The translations under genes and the position numbers were made by a program. A DNA stretch of 64,000 nucleotides from the human T2T-CHM13v2.0 reference genome, Homo sapiens: NCBI RefSeq assembly GCF_009914755.1, contig NC_060932.1; one strand, 5' to 3'. Below the pieces are notes generated by a model that was not told the DNA's origin, searched no databases, and saw only the letters and a program-made list of their open reading frames with translations. Each line of letters starts with the position of its first letter. The first letter of the stretch is position 1. Shown here one piece after another: positions 51,710-64,000 of this stretch.

Positions 51710-54134
51710 TCAGGATCTCAGGATTTGAGAGACAGGGCTGACCCTGGGACTCTGGCCATCTGCTTCCCAGGCCAGGTCTATAAGGCTCCACCACTCTCCT
51801 TCCAGTTCTTTTCTTTCTTGATGCAAATAAACTTCTCAGAACCACATCGGGTAATGACCTTGCACCCCTGGAGATTGGTACTGGAGGACTAATCTGAAGC
51901 AGCATCGTAAGAACATGAGAGGTATTCTGTGGGGTTCACAATTAAAGCTGAGACATTAAATCATCAGCTCGGAACCACTCTGGAGGCAATCATGACTCAT
52001 GCAAATTTCAAGCAAGACAAAATAATGATTATAGGTCCCCCAAGAAGGAAGCAGGGAGGAAATGAATGAGCTAAACAATATTAAGTGTCATCGGTAATTC
52101 TAGAGGTGATATGAAAGAATGAACATGCTCCCCATTTAGTTCTTTTCAAGTCGGCAAAACACCTCATCTAGTCACATACTGTAATTATAATGTATCCCTA
52201 GGTACAGCCTGTATAGCAAAAGCATGCAAGTGCAACTTAGGAAAAATAGAGCTGCTAAAATTGCCTATGTATTAGTGCTGTAGATATAGAGATATATATA
52301 CAGTCTTTTTCGGCATCTCTGAAATTCTCTCTGAAAGCTACTGCCTTTTCCATGTGAGAAGTTAGAGCCTGTTTCTTCTGAGGCCTTCCTCATAGAATGG
52401 AGGGCTCTTAACAATAGTGGATTTCAATGTTCTACCAATTAAAGACAGGGCTAGGTAGAAAGCAGCCTTTGGCCCAAAGGCTGTGACACAGCCTCATTCC
52501 TGTCGTTGTCACAGTGATGCTGATTATCCAGATAGTCCTTAGCTAGAAAGACTTGATGACACACCACAAGTCTTACTTTCAGGGAGAAGAGCTATTTTTT
52601 ACATTCAGAATTATAAAATGGGGCAAGCAAAGAATTAGCCATGGGTTCCAGATTTCACCCTTTATTCAGAGCTTTACTATCAGCTTACAAATGATTATCA
52701 GCTGAAGAGAAATAACTTTACATTCTTTGGAAAAGGATAGCTCTATTTTCAATATTTTCTTATGGCCTGTTATCTCAAAATTTTACTGGTGATACATATT
52801 TTGTATTTTTCAGAAAAAAATGCTTTCTCATGAAAAGCACAATATCGAAGTCTCAGGTTTCTTGGTTATTGGGTTTCTTGGTTAATATCAGTAAACTACA
52901 TTGAAAATTCTACAAAGAATATTAATATGTTTAGCTTTTGAAATCCATGCATGACTTATGATTTGTTTGATTGTTTTCAAAGAGAACATCTTCTCAGGAT
53001 TTTAAGCTGCTTTTATTCTTTTATTAAATATAGAAGGTTCTTTGTGGTTCATGTATCTTACAAAAGTGTCTTATTTATTACTGTGCGACCCTCAGCTAAC
53101 TAACTAGTATGCTGAATGTGGGAAGCGAATTCCAAAATATTGAAAACAAAGATACTCCATCCCTGAAAATGAGTCTGAACATTCATTCAAGTACTTCCCA
53201 AATAAATGAGTATAATGGGGAAATAAATAATACGAGGCTTTTGTCATGAGGATTCATACCAGTTAGAAAAAAACCTCAGAGAAACAAATGGATATCACGT
53301 GTTAAGGCCTCTTCTCAAAGGAAGAAGCAGATTTAGAAATTACTACTAATTTTTGGTCAGTCTAATTTATTATCTTAGACACTTGTATCTCATTTTCAAC
53401 CAACTGAAGTATCAAAGTAAGTAATGACAACTTTCATATCCTTTATTTCTAGGTAACATCATGTCCTGAGGCCTGGAGTGTTCCCTAAGCTCAAATTTAA
53501 GTATATTAATGGGGAATTGTTCATTAATCTATGGTACATACTCACAGTGCGTTTACATTTTATTTTAATCATTTGTACTAATTGACAAACTATATCCCCT
53601 GGAAGCTCTGAAAAGTCTACTAATAGGCAATTGCTTTAAATATTGCCATGAGCATTTGCATTTCCAAACCTTTAATCTCATCAGATAGTTAATATTTCTC
53701 CTGTTGTTTAACAATGGAGAGAAATTTGACTGCCATTATGCTGTTTACAGCTTTTGCCCCAAAATGTAAAAGACCGTGTCTGGTTACTACCAGCAAAGAG
53801 CAATCTGACAATTACAGTTTGATTAGTTATCATAATAGTAGTAGTAATAAAGGCATATGACCTGACTTTTGCCTCTGCTAACAATTACTTTTAGGGCCTT
53901 GGAAAAGTCATTTAACTTCTCTGAGACTCAATTTTCTAACCTATAACCTGAAGATAAGAACATCTGGCCAACTACAAGAATGCTGTGCATTTTAGATATG
54001 TTAGTACTTTCAGAACAATAAAATTTGTTGCTTTACTCCAGAGGCTCACAAGTTACACTCCAGTTATCCATGGTGGCATCATCTCTATCATCATCATCAC
54101 CAGGGCAGGCATTGTAAGCAGTGGCTTAGTAAAA

Positions 54135-54586
54135 TGTGTCTAAAGGGTTGCCTAAAATGTATCATAATGTGGGTAGTTTACAGCAGAAATTCATTCTCTC
54201 CATAAGAGAAGAATTAGTCACAACCTCTGGAGTCCAGAAGTGTGAAATCAAGGTGTCAGCTTCATCACTCTCTCTCCAAAGGCTCTAGGAGTGAATCCTT
54301 CCTTGACTCTTCCAGTTCCTGGTGATTCCTTGGTTTGTGGAAACATAACTCCAATTTCTGCCTTCATCTGCACTTAGCCTTCTTCTCTGTGTATCCAAAT
54401 CTCCCTTTCCTTTCTCTTTTAAAGTCACCAGGCATTGGATTTAAGGCTTACTGTAGATTTCGGATGATTTCATCTTGAGAATCTTAACTGATAACATCTG
54501 CAAAGACCCTATTTACATATAAGGCCATATTCTGAGGCTCTGAGGGGATCCTGAATTTTGGAAAGACATTATTCAACCCACTATAC
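54135..54586 (-). mobile_element. MLT1C/D-type solo LTR, the only reverse-oriented LTR seen
   Basis: cagaagtgtgaaatcaaggtgtcagc ... acatctgcaaagaccctattt ... attcaacccacta. Confidence 0.85.
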
Positions 54587-55129
54587 ATACAAAGTGCTAG
54601 CTCCAATAAAATGGCAAAGGCTATCTGGAAATCTGTTTTGAGAACAATTTTAAAGCTATAGTTAGGATGAGCTGGAAAGAGTGCCAGGATCATGAGCAAG
54701 GGCATGGAAAGTGGACCCATATTTGTTGTGTTCTTGTCATCACTAATCACTAATCCATGAAGGAACTTAAGATTGAGAAAAGATTTGTCAGTGTACAAGG
54801 CCACTGAGTGGCAAAGTCACAAGAGGATTAAAATCTCCTGACTCACAATTCAGTGCTCTTTACACCACACAGTTTAATAATCTTTTTTCTTACCAACACT
54901 TCTTTAGATATTATTAGTAAAAATATAAATCTGATACCTCTATAATCACTGGCACCTGAATACTTATGTTTATTTAATTGGTCAGATTGCAATAGTTAAG
55001 TACATTTGGCTGACTTACATTTTCAACTATGGTAGAGTTAAGTATTATCACACTAACCTTCCATCTGAAAACAAAATAAATTCTGGATATTATTAAATTT
55101 AAAGGAAAAAATATTTGAAATCCTTAAAA

Positions 55130-55433
55130 GCTTTGAAGAGTTAGTGTAGTTGATGTTGGTGTACACTAATATCAGAAAGGGTATACTTTAAGGAAAAAAT
55201 AATACTAGGGAAAAAGAAAAACATTTGATAATGAATAAAAGTTGATACAAAGGGCCAAATGAATGGAAATAAATTTTTAAAATTTATATTTGTAAGTATC
55301 TAATAATATACTTTGACTATATAAAACCAAAAAATATACAGAAAAAGGGATACATAGGCAAATCCATATTTATAGTTAAAGGTTTTCAACGCCTGTTTCT
55401 CCTGGGTAGAATATGCAGACAGAATATAAGTAA
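55130..55433 (+). mobile_element. Old L1M ORF2 (endonuclease-region) relic
   Basis: A-rich degenerate ORF2 motifs (actaatatcagaa; gcagacagaatataagtaag). Confidence 0.55.
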
Positions 55434-56701
55434 GGAGACAACAGCAAGATGGCTGACTAGTGGTGCCTGGCATTTGTTCCTCCCACAAAAAAAGAACCAA
55501 AATAAAAAATAAACAACTAAAATTTGATTGGAGTGTCTGAAAGAGAGTGTTGATGTACAGCAAAAAATTGGCAAAATCCTTGTGGAGCACAAAAGTCCAG
55601 CATAGAGAGGGGAATGAGGCACCCACCTCTGCTACCCTGTCTTCTCCATCACGTTTGACTCAGAGCCAAGAAGGACTTTCCCATGTGGAGAAAAGATAGG
55701 CAGAAGTACCCTCGCCAGCCCACATTGTCACTGCAGACACCTGTAGTTCTTACTACAGGGGAATCCCAAAGTCCTCACAAGTCCTGAGCCCAGTTTGAGG
55801 AGATGCTTAGAATTCTTGTGGCTACATTACTCCAAAAGTAGGAGCCCACATTGTTTACTGATCATAACCCCATGATCTAAGCTGCTGCAGCATGGCATTA
55901 TTTTGAAATCAAAGTCACTGCTGGAGTGTGACCTGTTCTGGGGAGCTGATAGCCACTGTGCCTTTCTAGACTTGGGACTCTGCTGTTGTTTCACCAAGCT
56001 CACATGAGTGGCTGCAACATGACCACCCTGGCTGCTCAAGGCTGAGGCTCAGAAATGGCCATGACTCTAATTTTGAGAGCAGGGAAGTCAACCCCAGGCT
56101 GTCCAAGCCAAACAGCTCAGCAAACCTGCCCCCAGATAGTCTTCCCTAGCACCACTGGCTGGAGAAACAGCCTGTCAGACATGTCCCTGAATTGCTGAGC
56201 CACTGTATGCTATGCGCCCAGCCAGAGAAACACAATTGTGGACCCACCCCAAGAAGATACAGCCCTGAGAAGCCCAAGCCACCAAACCCCTATGCCTTGG
56301 GCTAGAGAAACAGCTTGAAAGCTTCATCCCAAGAGAATCAGTCTCAGAGCCAGCTGACCCACCAAGTGTATGGCCATGTCCCCAGACTGAGAACCAGTTC
56401 ACTAAGCTCACCTTCAGCAAAGCCACACCACTGCCCCCACAAACTCCCACAGCTGAGGCCACTGAGGCATTTACAACATCACTACTGTTAATTACAGCTG
56501 GAGAAACTATACAGAGACCATACTACTGTGTTTACCTAGAATCAAAGTCAGTACACTCTATTCTACTGAGACTCTGGGATCCATCTACAGGAAAAAGTCT
56601 TTTCTATGAAAGCTATTCCATAAAATTGGAAGAGGTGACTATTCTACTGAATGCACAGTTATCAATGTAGAGACATAAAAAACATGAAAAGTGAAGGAAA
56701 C

Positions 56702-57640
56702 ATGACACCTCCAAAGGATCATAATTCCTCAGTAATAAAGGCATAAAAAAGGAAATTACAAAATGCCAGAAAAGGAATTCAAAATAAAAATATTAAGGAA
56801 ATTCAGTGAGATACAAGAGAATACAGATAGACAATTCAACAAAATTGGAAAAACAATTCATTATCAGAATGAGAAATTCAACAAAAAGTTAGATATCTCA
56901 AAAAAGATAACCAAACAAATCTTGGCAATGACAAATTCAATGAATAAAATAAAAAGTACCATCAAGAACATAAAAAAACCAGACTAGCTCAAGCAGAAGA
57001 AATAATTTCTAAGCTTGAATATACACCTTTTGAAATAACTTAGGCAGACAAAATAGAAAAATAATAAAGAATAAAAAAGATGAAGAAAGCCTGAAAACAT
57101 ATGGGAAACCATAACACAAATATTTGTGCTATGGGAGTTCAAGAAGGAGTAGAGATGGGAAAATGTGTAGAAAACTTATTTAGTGAAATAACAGCTAAAA
57201 ATTTATCAAACCTACCGAGATACATAAACAACCACATAAACACAGCTCAAAAGTTCCCAAGTAGATTAAACCCAAAAAGGTCCTCCCTGAGGCATATTAC
57301 GGTCAAACTGTCAAAAGTCAAAGACAAAGAGAGAATTCTAAAAACAACAAGAGAAAAGCATCAGGTCACATGTAAGGGAATCTCCATCAGACTAACAACC
57401 GATTTATTAGCAGAAACCTCACAGGCCAGGAGAGAATGGGATGACATATTTAAGGGCTGAAAGGAAAAAAAAAAAAAAACTGTCAGTCAAGAATACTATA
57501 CCCTGGAAGGCTATTCTTCCGAAATGAAGTTCCCAAACAAGCAAAAACTGAAGAAATTAATCATCACCAGACCAGCCTTACAAAAAATGTTTAAGGAAGT
57601 CCTACATCTAGAAATAAAAGAAGAATAACTACCATTATAA
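56702..57640 (+). pseudogene. Disrupted L1 ORF1p coding remnant
   Basis: MPEKEFKIKILRKFSEIQENTDRQFNKI... and ...RHITVKLSKVKDKERILK...IRLTTDLLAETSQARREWDDIFK are typical ORF1p; stops and frameshifts present. Confidence 0.9.
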
Positions 57641-57714
57641 AAATATGTGAAAGTATCTCACTGGTGGGACAGATAAACAAAAGAGAAAGGTAAAGGAATC
57701 AAACCTTATCACTA

Positions 57715-58144
<430 letters not shown>

Positions 58145-58779
58145 GATGTCTGTGCTCCCATTTCTGTTGTAGCAGTATTCACAAGAGCCAAAATATGGAA
58201 TCAACCTAAGTGTCCATCAATAGATGAATGGATAGGGAAAATGTCATCTATATAAAGACATATAATACTATTTAGCCATTAAAAAGAATGAACTCTTTCT
58301 ATTCATGGAAGCATGGATAAGCCAGGAGGACATTATGTTAAGTGAAATAGCCTGGCACAAAAAGAAGATCCACATCTTCTCACTCATATGAAAGCTAAAA
58401 GAGCTGATCTCATAGAAGTAGAGTCAAATCGTGGTTACTAGAGGCTGAGAAGAATAGTGGGAGAGGGGAGAGGAAAATATTGGTTAATAGATACAAAATT
58501 CCACCTAGATAAAAGAAACAAGTTTTAGTGTTCTACAAAAATGTATTGCATATTTGCAAATAGCTAGAAGAGAGGATTGTAAATGTTCTCAATATAAAGA
58601 AATGATAAATTTTTGAAGTGATGAATTTGCTAATTATAAATATATATCAAAATATCACACTAGGTCCCATAAATATGTACAATTATGTATCAATTATAAA
58701 CAATAATAGATTTTAATTATTATTTAATTTAGTAATTAATTTTAACAATGAAATTATTAAATAATCAAATTTATTCTAG

Positions 58780-59480
58780 TATCCCAAAACAATAAATTCT
58801 TAGGAATAAATCTAAATAAAGATGTTTAAGACCTCTACAAAGAACTCTAGAAAACACTATTGAAAGAATTAAAGAAGATATAAACAAACGCTGGTATATA
58901 CCATGATTATGGATTAGAAAACTCAGTATTTTGAAGGATTTTTTGAGGAAGTTGACAAGCTGATTTTAAAAATTATAGGGAAACGCAAAGAGGAAAGAAC
59001 AGTGAAGACAGTCTTGAATAAGAAGATACAATTAGAAGATTTACACTATCAGATATCAAGACACTATAAAATTATAGGAAATAAGTAATGTGACATTAGC
59101 ATAAAAAAAGAAATATAACACTGAGACAGAATATAGAGACAGACACACACGTACACATGTATGTAAATCACCTGATTTACAAAAAATGTCTATGATGGTC
59201 TTTTCAGTAAATAGTATTGGATTAATTGGTATCTGTATGGAAAAAAATCATGAAACTCAATCTCTCCCTCACACTATGCATAAAATTAACACTAGGTGGA
59301 TCAAAGACCTATATTTGTAAGGAAAAACAACATAATATCATAGGAGATTATCTTATCGACCTCAGGATAAGCAGAGAATTCTTAAATAGCACTCAAAAAA
59401 ATTTAACCATAAAAAAAGACTGATAAATTAGACTTCCTTAAAAATTAGACACTTCTACAACTTACTAAAAAAAAATTGAT
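58780..59480 (+). mobile_element. Old L1M ORF2 fragments, probable host of the 55.4-58.7 kb element
   Basis: ttaggaataaatcta ... agacctctac; gttgacaagctgattttaaaa; ggtggatcaaagacct. Confidence 0.75.
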
Positions 59481-59879
59481 TTTTATAAACAGACAAAAGA
59501 ATTGAACAAACATTTATCATTTATTCTCTCTCTCCTCTCTCTCTCTCTTTCAATCTCAATCTTGATCACAAGCATGCCCGCACATGATATGCAAATTAGG
59601 TCTAATGGCAGATAAAACAGGCATGTGAAACAGGACAGTGTAATTATTTTCTTCACAAAGAGAGCAGCTTTGTTCTTTTGAGTTAGAAATGAATAACATC
59701 TTATTTATAGGAAAGAAGGCAGCACTATAAGAGATGTTCCCTTCTGAAGTCTTGTGTATTTAAATCACTTCAAGGAAGTGGAACCCTCTTTTCAAAATGC
59801 ACATACTACTCTCTATTGGCTCCCATTCCAAGCCTAAGTTCGTGTTAACTGAATGACATGGAGTAAGTGGAGACATAAG

Positions 59880-60070
59880 TCAGACACCACTGTGATCAGT
59901 GCTGGCTCTGCCATCTGCTTTCAGGGTGATAGTGGGCAAGTCACTTTACCTCTCTAAGCATTAGTTTTCTCATGTAAGATAACAGGTCAATAATATTAAT
60001 ATTTATCTCAAGGGTAGTTAAGGGAATTAAATGAGATAATAGATGTGAAAATACCTAGCACAGATTCTAG
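59880..60070 (+). mobile_element. MIR
   Basis: gggcaagtcactttacctctctaagc ... aattaaatgagataat. Confidence 0.8.
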
Positions 60071-60869
60071 CCCATGAAGTTATATATGTACAGAATAGAG
60101 AAGAGAGACATTTTTCTGAATCTGGAGGTACTATCTGTATTAGTTATTTAAATAATTCATACCATTTAAAGTCATTGTTTATCTTTTTCTATGTATTGAG
60201 TGATGAATACATGCTCCCAAAAAGTTATCTTTTATTGTTGCAGGTATTTGTGTGTCTGTCTGCACATCAGATACAGGTTAATTCAAATGTGTATGGTGCC
60301 TGTAACAAAATGTTACTTAGAGAAATGATGAAAACAGCTTGGGGGGATGAGCAGTATCCGATAATTAATACAAGAACTCTAGTATTCCATAACAAATCAA
60401 GGAAAATCTTCTTTTTGAAGAATTATTCCAGTAAGAGTCCTCTGGGCGGACCAGAGTAATGCAAGCCATGGAACTGGCTTTGACTCACAAGGCAGAATAT
60501 TGAGAAGAAAACTGAGAGTCAGTAACTAACTTTGGGTTTAAATTTTCTCACCTGAGCTGGACTCCCTGTGATGTACATCTTTGCAATATCTTTGCAAAAC
60601 AATTTCTTTGCTTGTAATGCTCCATTTCATACTCCTGCTTAGAAAATTGTTACTCATCTTTTGAAATCACATATTCATTTAATCAAAAAAGTGTATAAAG
60701 ACCCAATAACATATCTGATGCTGTGCTAGGAAACAAGGATATTGTGTTGAGCAAAATCAGACCATAACCTCATCCTTATGCACCAGCCTCTGCACTAGTG
60801 TCCCCTAAAGCTTGCCCTGGATTGCTCCCTCCCCCATGCTTAAAGCTCCGGGTGCACACGTGGCATTAG

Positions 60870-61245
<376 letters not shown>

Positions 61246-61620
61246 TATTCGTCTTTTCTTCCCTAGTACACAGCTTGGAGTATGAGACATAGTGGGCTCT
61301 CGACAAATGTTTGTTAAATTAACATTCATAATTCATGAGGTCTTGATACAGTCCAATATGTTAAATGATCCTCCTAATGAATATTACAGAAATGAAAACA
61401 ATTATGCTCAGGAAAATTACAACTTTTTGAGACATTCTTTGCTTTTTTCATATTTTATTAGCATTTTATTAACAGTCCTAGCAGCTGGTTTAAAAATGTC
61501 CAGTGGTTTTTAAAGAGCTGCATAGTATAAATATAGGTGAAATGGTGCCTGGTGAGACTTTCTCAGTTTAAAATTATGAGAATATTTGAAAAAAATGGAA
61601 TAAGTTTCCATTCACTTGGA

Positions 61621-61686
61621 AATAGTGAATGTCATTGTATATAAATGTCATTGTATAATAGTGAATAGTCATTGTATATAAATGAC
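61621..61686. repeat. Complex short tandem duplication (3 x gtcattgtata)
   Basis: Direct reading. Confidence 0.85.
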
Positions 61687-63004
61687 TTAATATCCTGGGG
61701 GATTTGTTATGTTTCTATAATAATCAACAATATTCATCCAGAAAGGGAAAGTGGTAGAAGACATTCATAGAATTTGTCATCAAAGTTTGGTACATCCTAC
61801 AAATAAGAATAATATTATTGATTTTAAAACACTTAGCATAGATTTTAATATGTCCTAATTTCATAAAAGTATGCTAAACTGTCCTTGAAAAAATGAAAAA
61901 AAGAGATTCTTATTACTCATGCCAAATAAAGGGAAGAAGCCATTCTTCAAGTAAGCATAAATATCATGTGAACTTTGAAGCAAAAGAGATGTAATTTCCA
62001 CTCTACTTATTTAGAAATAGATGAAATGTTGAGCCTTTAGTCATCTTACTAAAAATTACATCGAAGAAACTGAAGAGTGAAAGCACAAAAGTACCTACTT
62101 GGTCTGGTGTTTAGATCCTTTCAGATGGGCATGATACTGTTCTATTGAGTTTAGGGAGACACTGCAGATGGTACATCTGTAATTGCGCCTCAGACCTGTG
62201 GACAACAGACAGACCTGGTTAGCTGCATCCAGTCGTCAACCACCTGAAATGAATCCTAGCATCTCCAGAAGTTCAGGGACACAGTGTCGGAGATAACTCC
62301 TGATCTACCCCACCAACACTTCAACCCTTCCTTGCAGAGCACAGCCAACAGGTCTCTTAGCAGAAGTGTAATTATGAATATGTTAGAAGCAGCTTATTTC
62401 ATTTCTGGAAGGCTTAAATTATTAGAGCATCCTTCTTTGAATTGAGGTAAGGTGTTCCTGGGCATTTTATACTCAAACAGAGATGCATTCTATTTTTCTC
62501 TAGATCATATAGACATAATACACTGTCATCTCTGCAGTGAAATTTGAGACTCCAGAGAAAAACTCTATCCTAATTCCTTTCCACTCTACTCCAATGACAG
62601 CATTGAAAATTCAACTTTAGACATCACTCATTTAGGTGTTTCTTCTAGGATTATTTTATAAAATGTAAATACCAGGAGGAGAATAATACATCAATCTGGT
62701 TCATGTGAAGTCTTACATTCCACCAGAATTTAGAAGGCAATCTATTCATTCACTTTTTCATTCATTTAATTAATTCACTAATACAGTATCAACTTTGGGC
62801 CAGGTACTAGGGATTCCAAGATGGATAAGATGCTCTTTGCTTTCAGAAGTTTAGTAAAAATCTTGACTGATCTAGAGTCAATTTATGTTAGAAAACAGCT
62901 TTAACCAAATAGCCTTAAACATTTGCCGCAGAGCTGAGACCCATAATGAAACATATTCCTTCAGCTAGTATGTCCCTTCAGAATAGAGAGAAAAGTAAAG
63001 TTGG

Positions 63005-63165
63005 TCATGATCTGAAACTTTGGATTTTAATTCTGACTCCGGTCATTTCTAGTTTTGTGATCTGGAGGAAGTCATGAAATTTCTAGCCTCAGTTTCTCCA
63101 TCTACAAGACGAAGACAAGGCTGATCACATCACCAGGTGTTGTAAGAACTAGGTGAATAAGATAT
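63005..63165 (+). mobile_element. MIR
   Basis: agcctcagtttctccatct core. Confidence 0.7.
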
Positions 63166-63171
63166 TACAAT

Positions 63172-63433
63172 GGCCCGTAATCCCAATGATTTGGGAGGCC
63201 GAGGCAGGAGGATAGCTTAAAGCCAGGAGTTCAAGACCAACCTGGGCCACATGGCAATATCTGGTCTCAAAAAAAATATTTTTAAAAGTCAGGCATGGTG
63301 GCACACACCTGTAGTCCTAGCTACTCAGGAGGCTGAGAGCCCAGTTCAAGATCACAGTGAGGTATGACAGTGCTACTGCCTGCCTGGATGACAGCCTGGA
63401 TGACAGAGTGAGGCCTTGTCTCAAAAAAAAAAA
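63172..63433 (+). mobile_element. Truncated and internally deleted AluJ
   Basis: gtaatcccaatgatttgggaggccgaggcaggaggat ... gtctcaaaaaaaaaaa. Confidence 0.88.
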
Positions 63434-63599
63434 GTGACATATATATACAACAATGTTTAGCAAATGAGTACAAAATTCTGTTCTAGCATTGTAAATGCCA
63501 GGACTGAAAGCTGTAGCATTTGTTTTTATCAATGCATAGTATTTAATTTTAACAGGCAAAGTTATTCCTCTTTTCCTGAAAAGAAAATAATGCACTATG

Positions 63600-63760
63600 C
63601 TGGGATAGCTTTGCAACTTGCTACCTGGGTAACTTTATGCAAATTATTTGACCCTTCTGGACTTCTGTTTTCTTACAGTATTGTGGGGAGGGCTGAGTGA
63701 GATCTGGCATGTATGTGAGAGTGCCCAGCACATAACAAGTGATCAATACGGGCTTGCTAT
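63600..63760 (+). mobile_element. MIR
   Basis: gcaaattatttgacc ... gtgcccagcacataacaag ... gctatttttactatt. Confidence 0.6.
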
Positions 63761-64000
63761 TTTTACTATTTTGAAGAGATGTTAACATGGAAACACTTTC
63801 TGTTTGAGTGTCCAGTTGAAGCCCTACTGGGAAGTCCTAGACACAGATGATAACTATACCCACATTACCAAAATGAGGTAAGAGAGCATCAGTGCAGAAC
63901 GTCCAGGGGAAGTGGTCACGAACCCGTGCTGACCACTCACCACCAGTACGAAGAAGAGACTGAAGAAGAAAGAAAGAAATGGGTAGAGACTTTCTTAAGA

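Noticed and set aside
62165-62179. Inverted double E-box CAGATG-gta-CATCTG
   Set aside because: Spacing differs from the 5-nt TWIST double E-box and there is no other support.

Overview
Primate (very probably human) non-coding genomic DNA: AT-rich, CpG-depleted and dominated by interspersed repeats. These include about 13 Alus, several L1 fragments, L2 and MIR relics, 13 solo LTRs (MER4, MER21, MER61, MaLR, LTR16, MER49, MER65 and LTR41 types) and DNA-transposon MITEs (Tigger1-derived, MER33, MER30, and the piggyBac MITE MER85). I find no credible protein-coding gene, tRNA, rRNA or CRISPR array; the ORF-track hits are Alu, L1 or LTR read-throughs or chance ORFs, and I cannot name the locus. 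The most interesting non-repeat signals lie in the repeat-poor 4-18.6 kb segment: a clustered AP-1/NRF2-ARE/E-box/YY1 set, and a double-octamer/SOX/FOX plus TATA element at 18.5 kb that may drive a spliced minus-strand lncRNA. Other points of note are a strong + strand bias of the LTRs, a twin-primed L1, an ORF2-deleted L1 and several palindromic or duplicated micro-structures. No new biological system can be demonstrated from sequence alone. Repeat subfamily names come from recalled consensus sequences and need RepeatMasker/Dfam confirmation.
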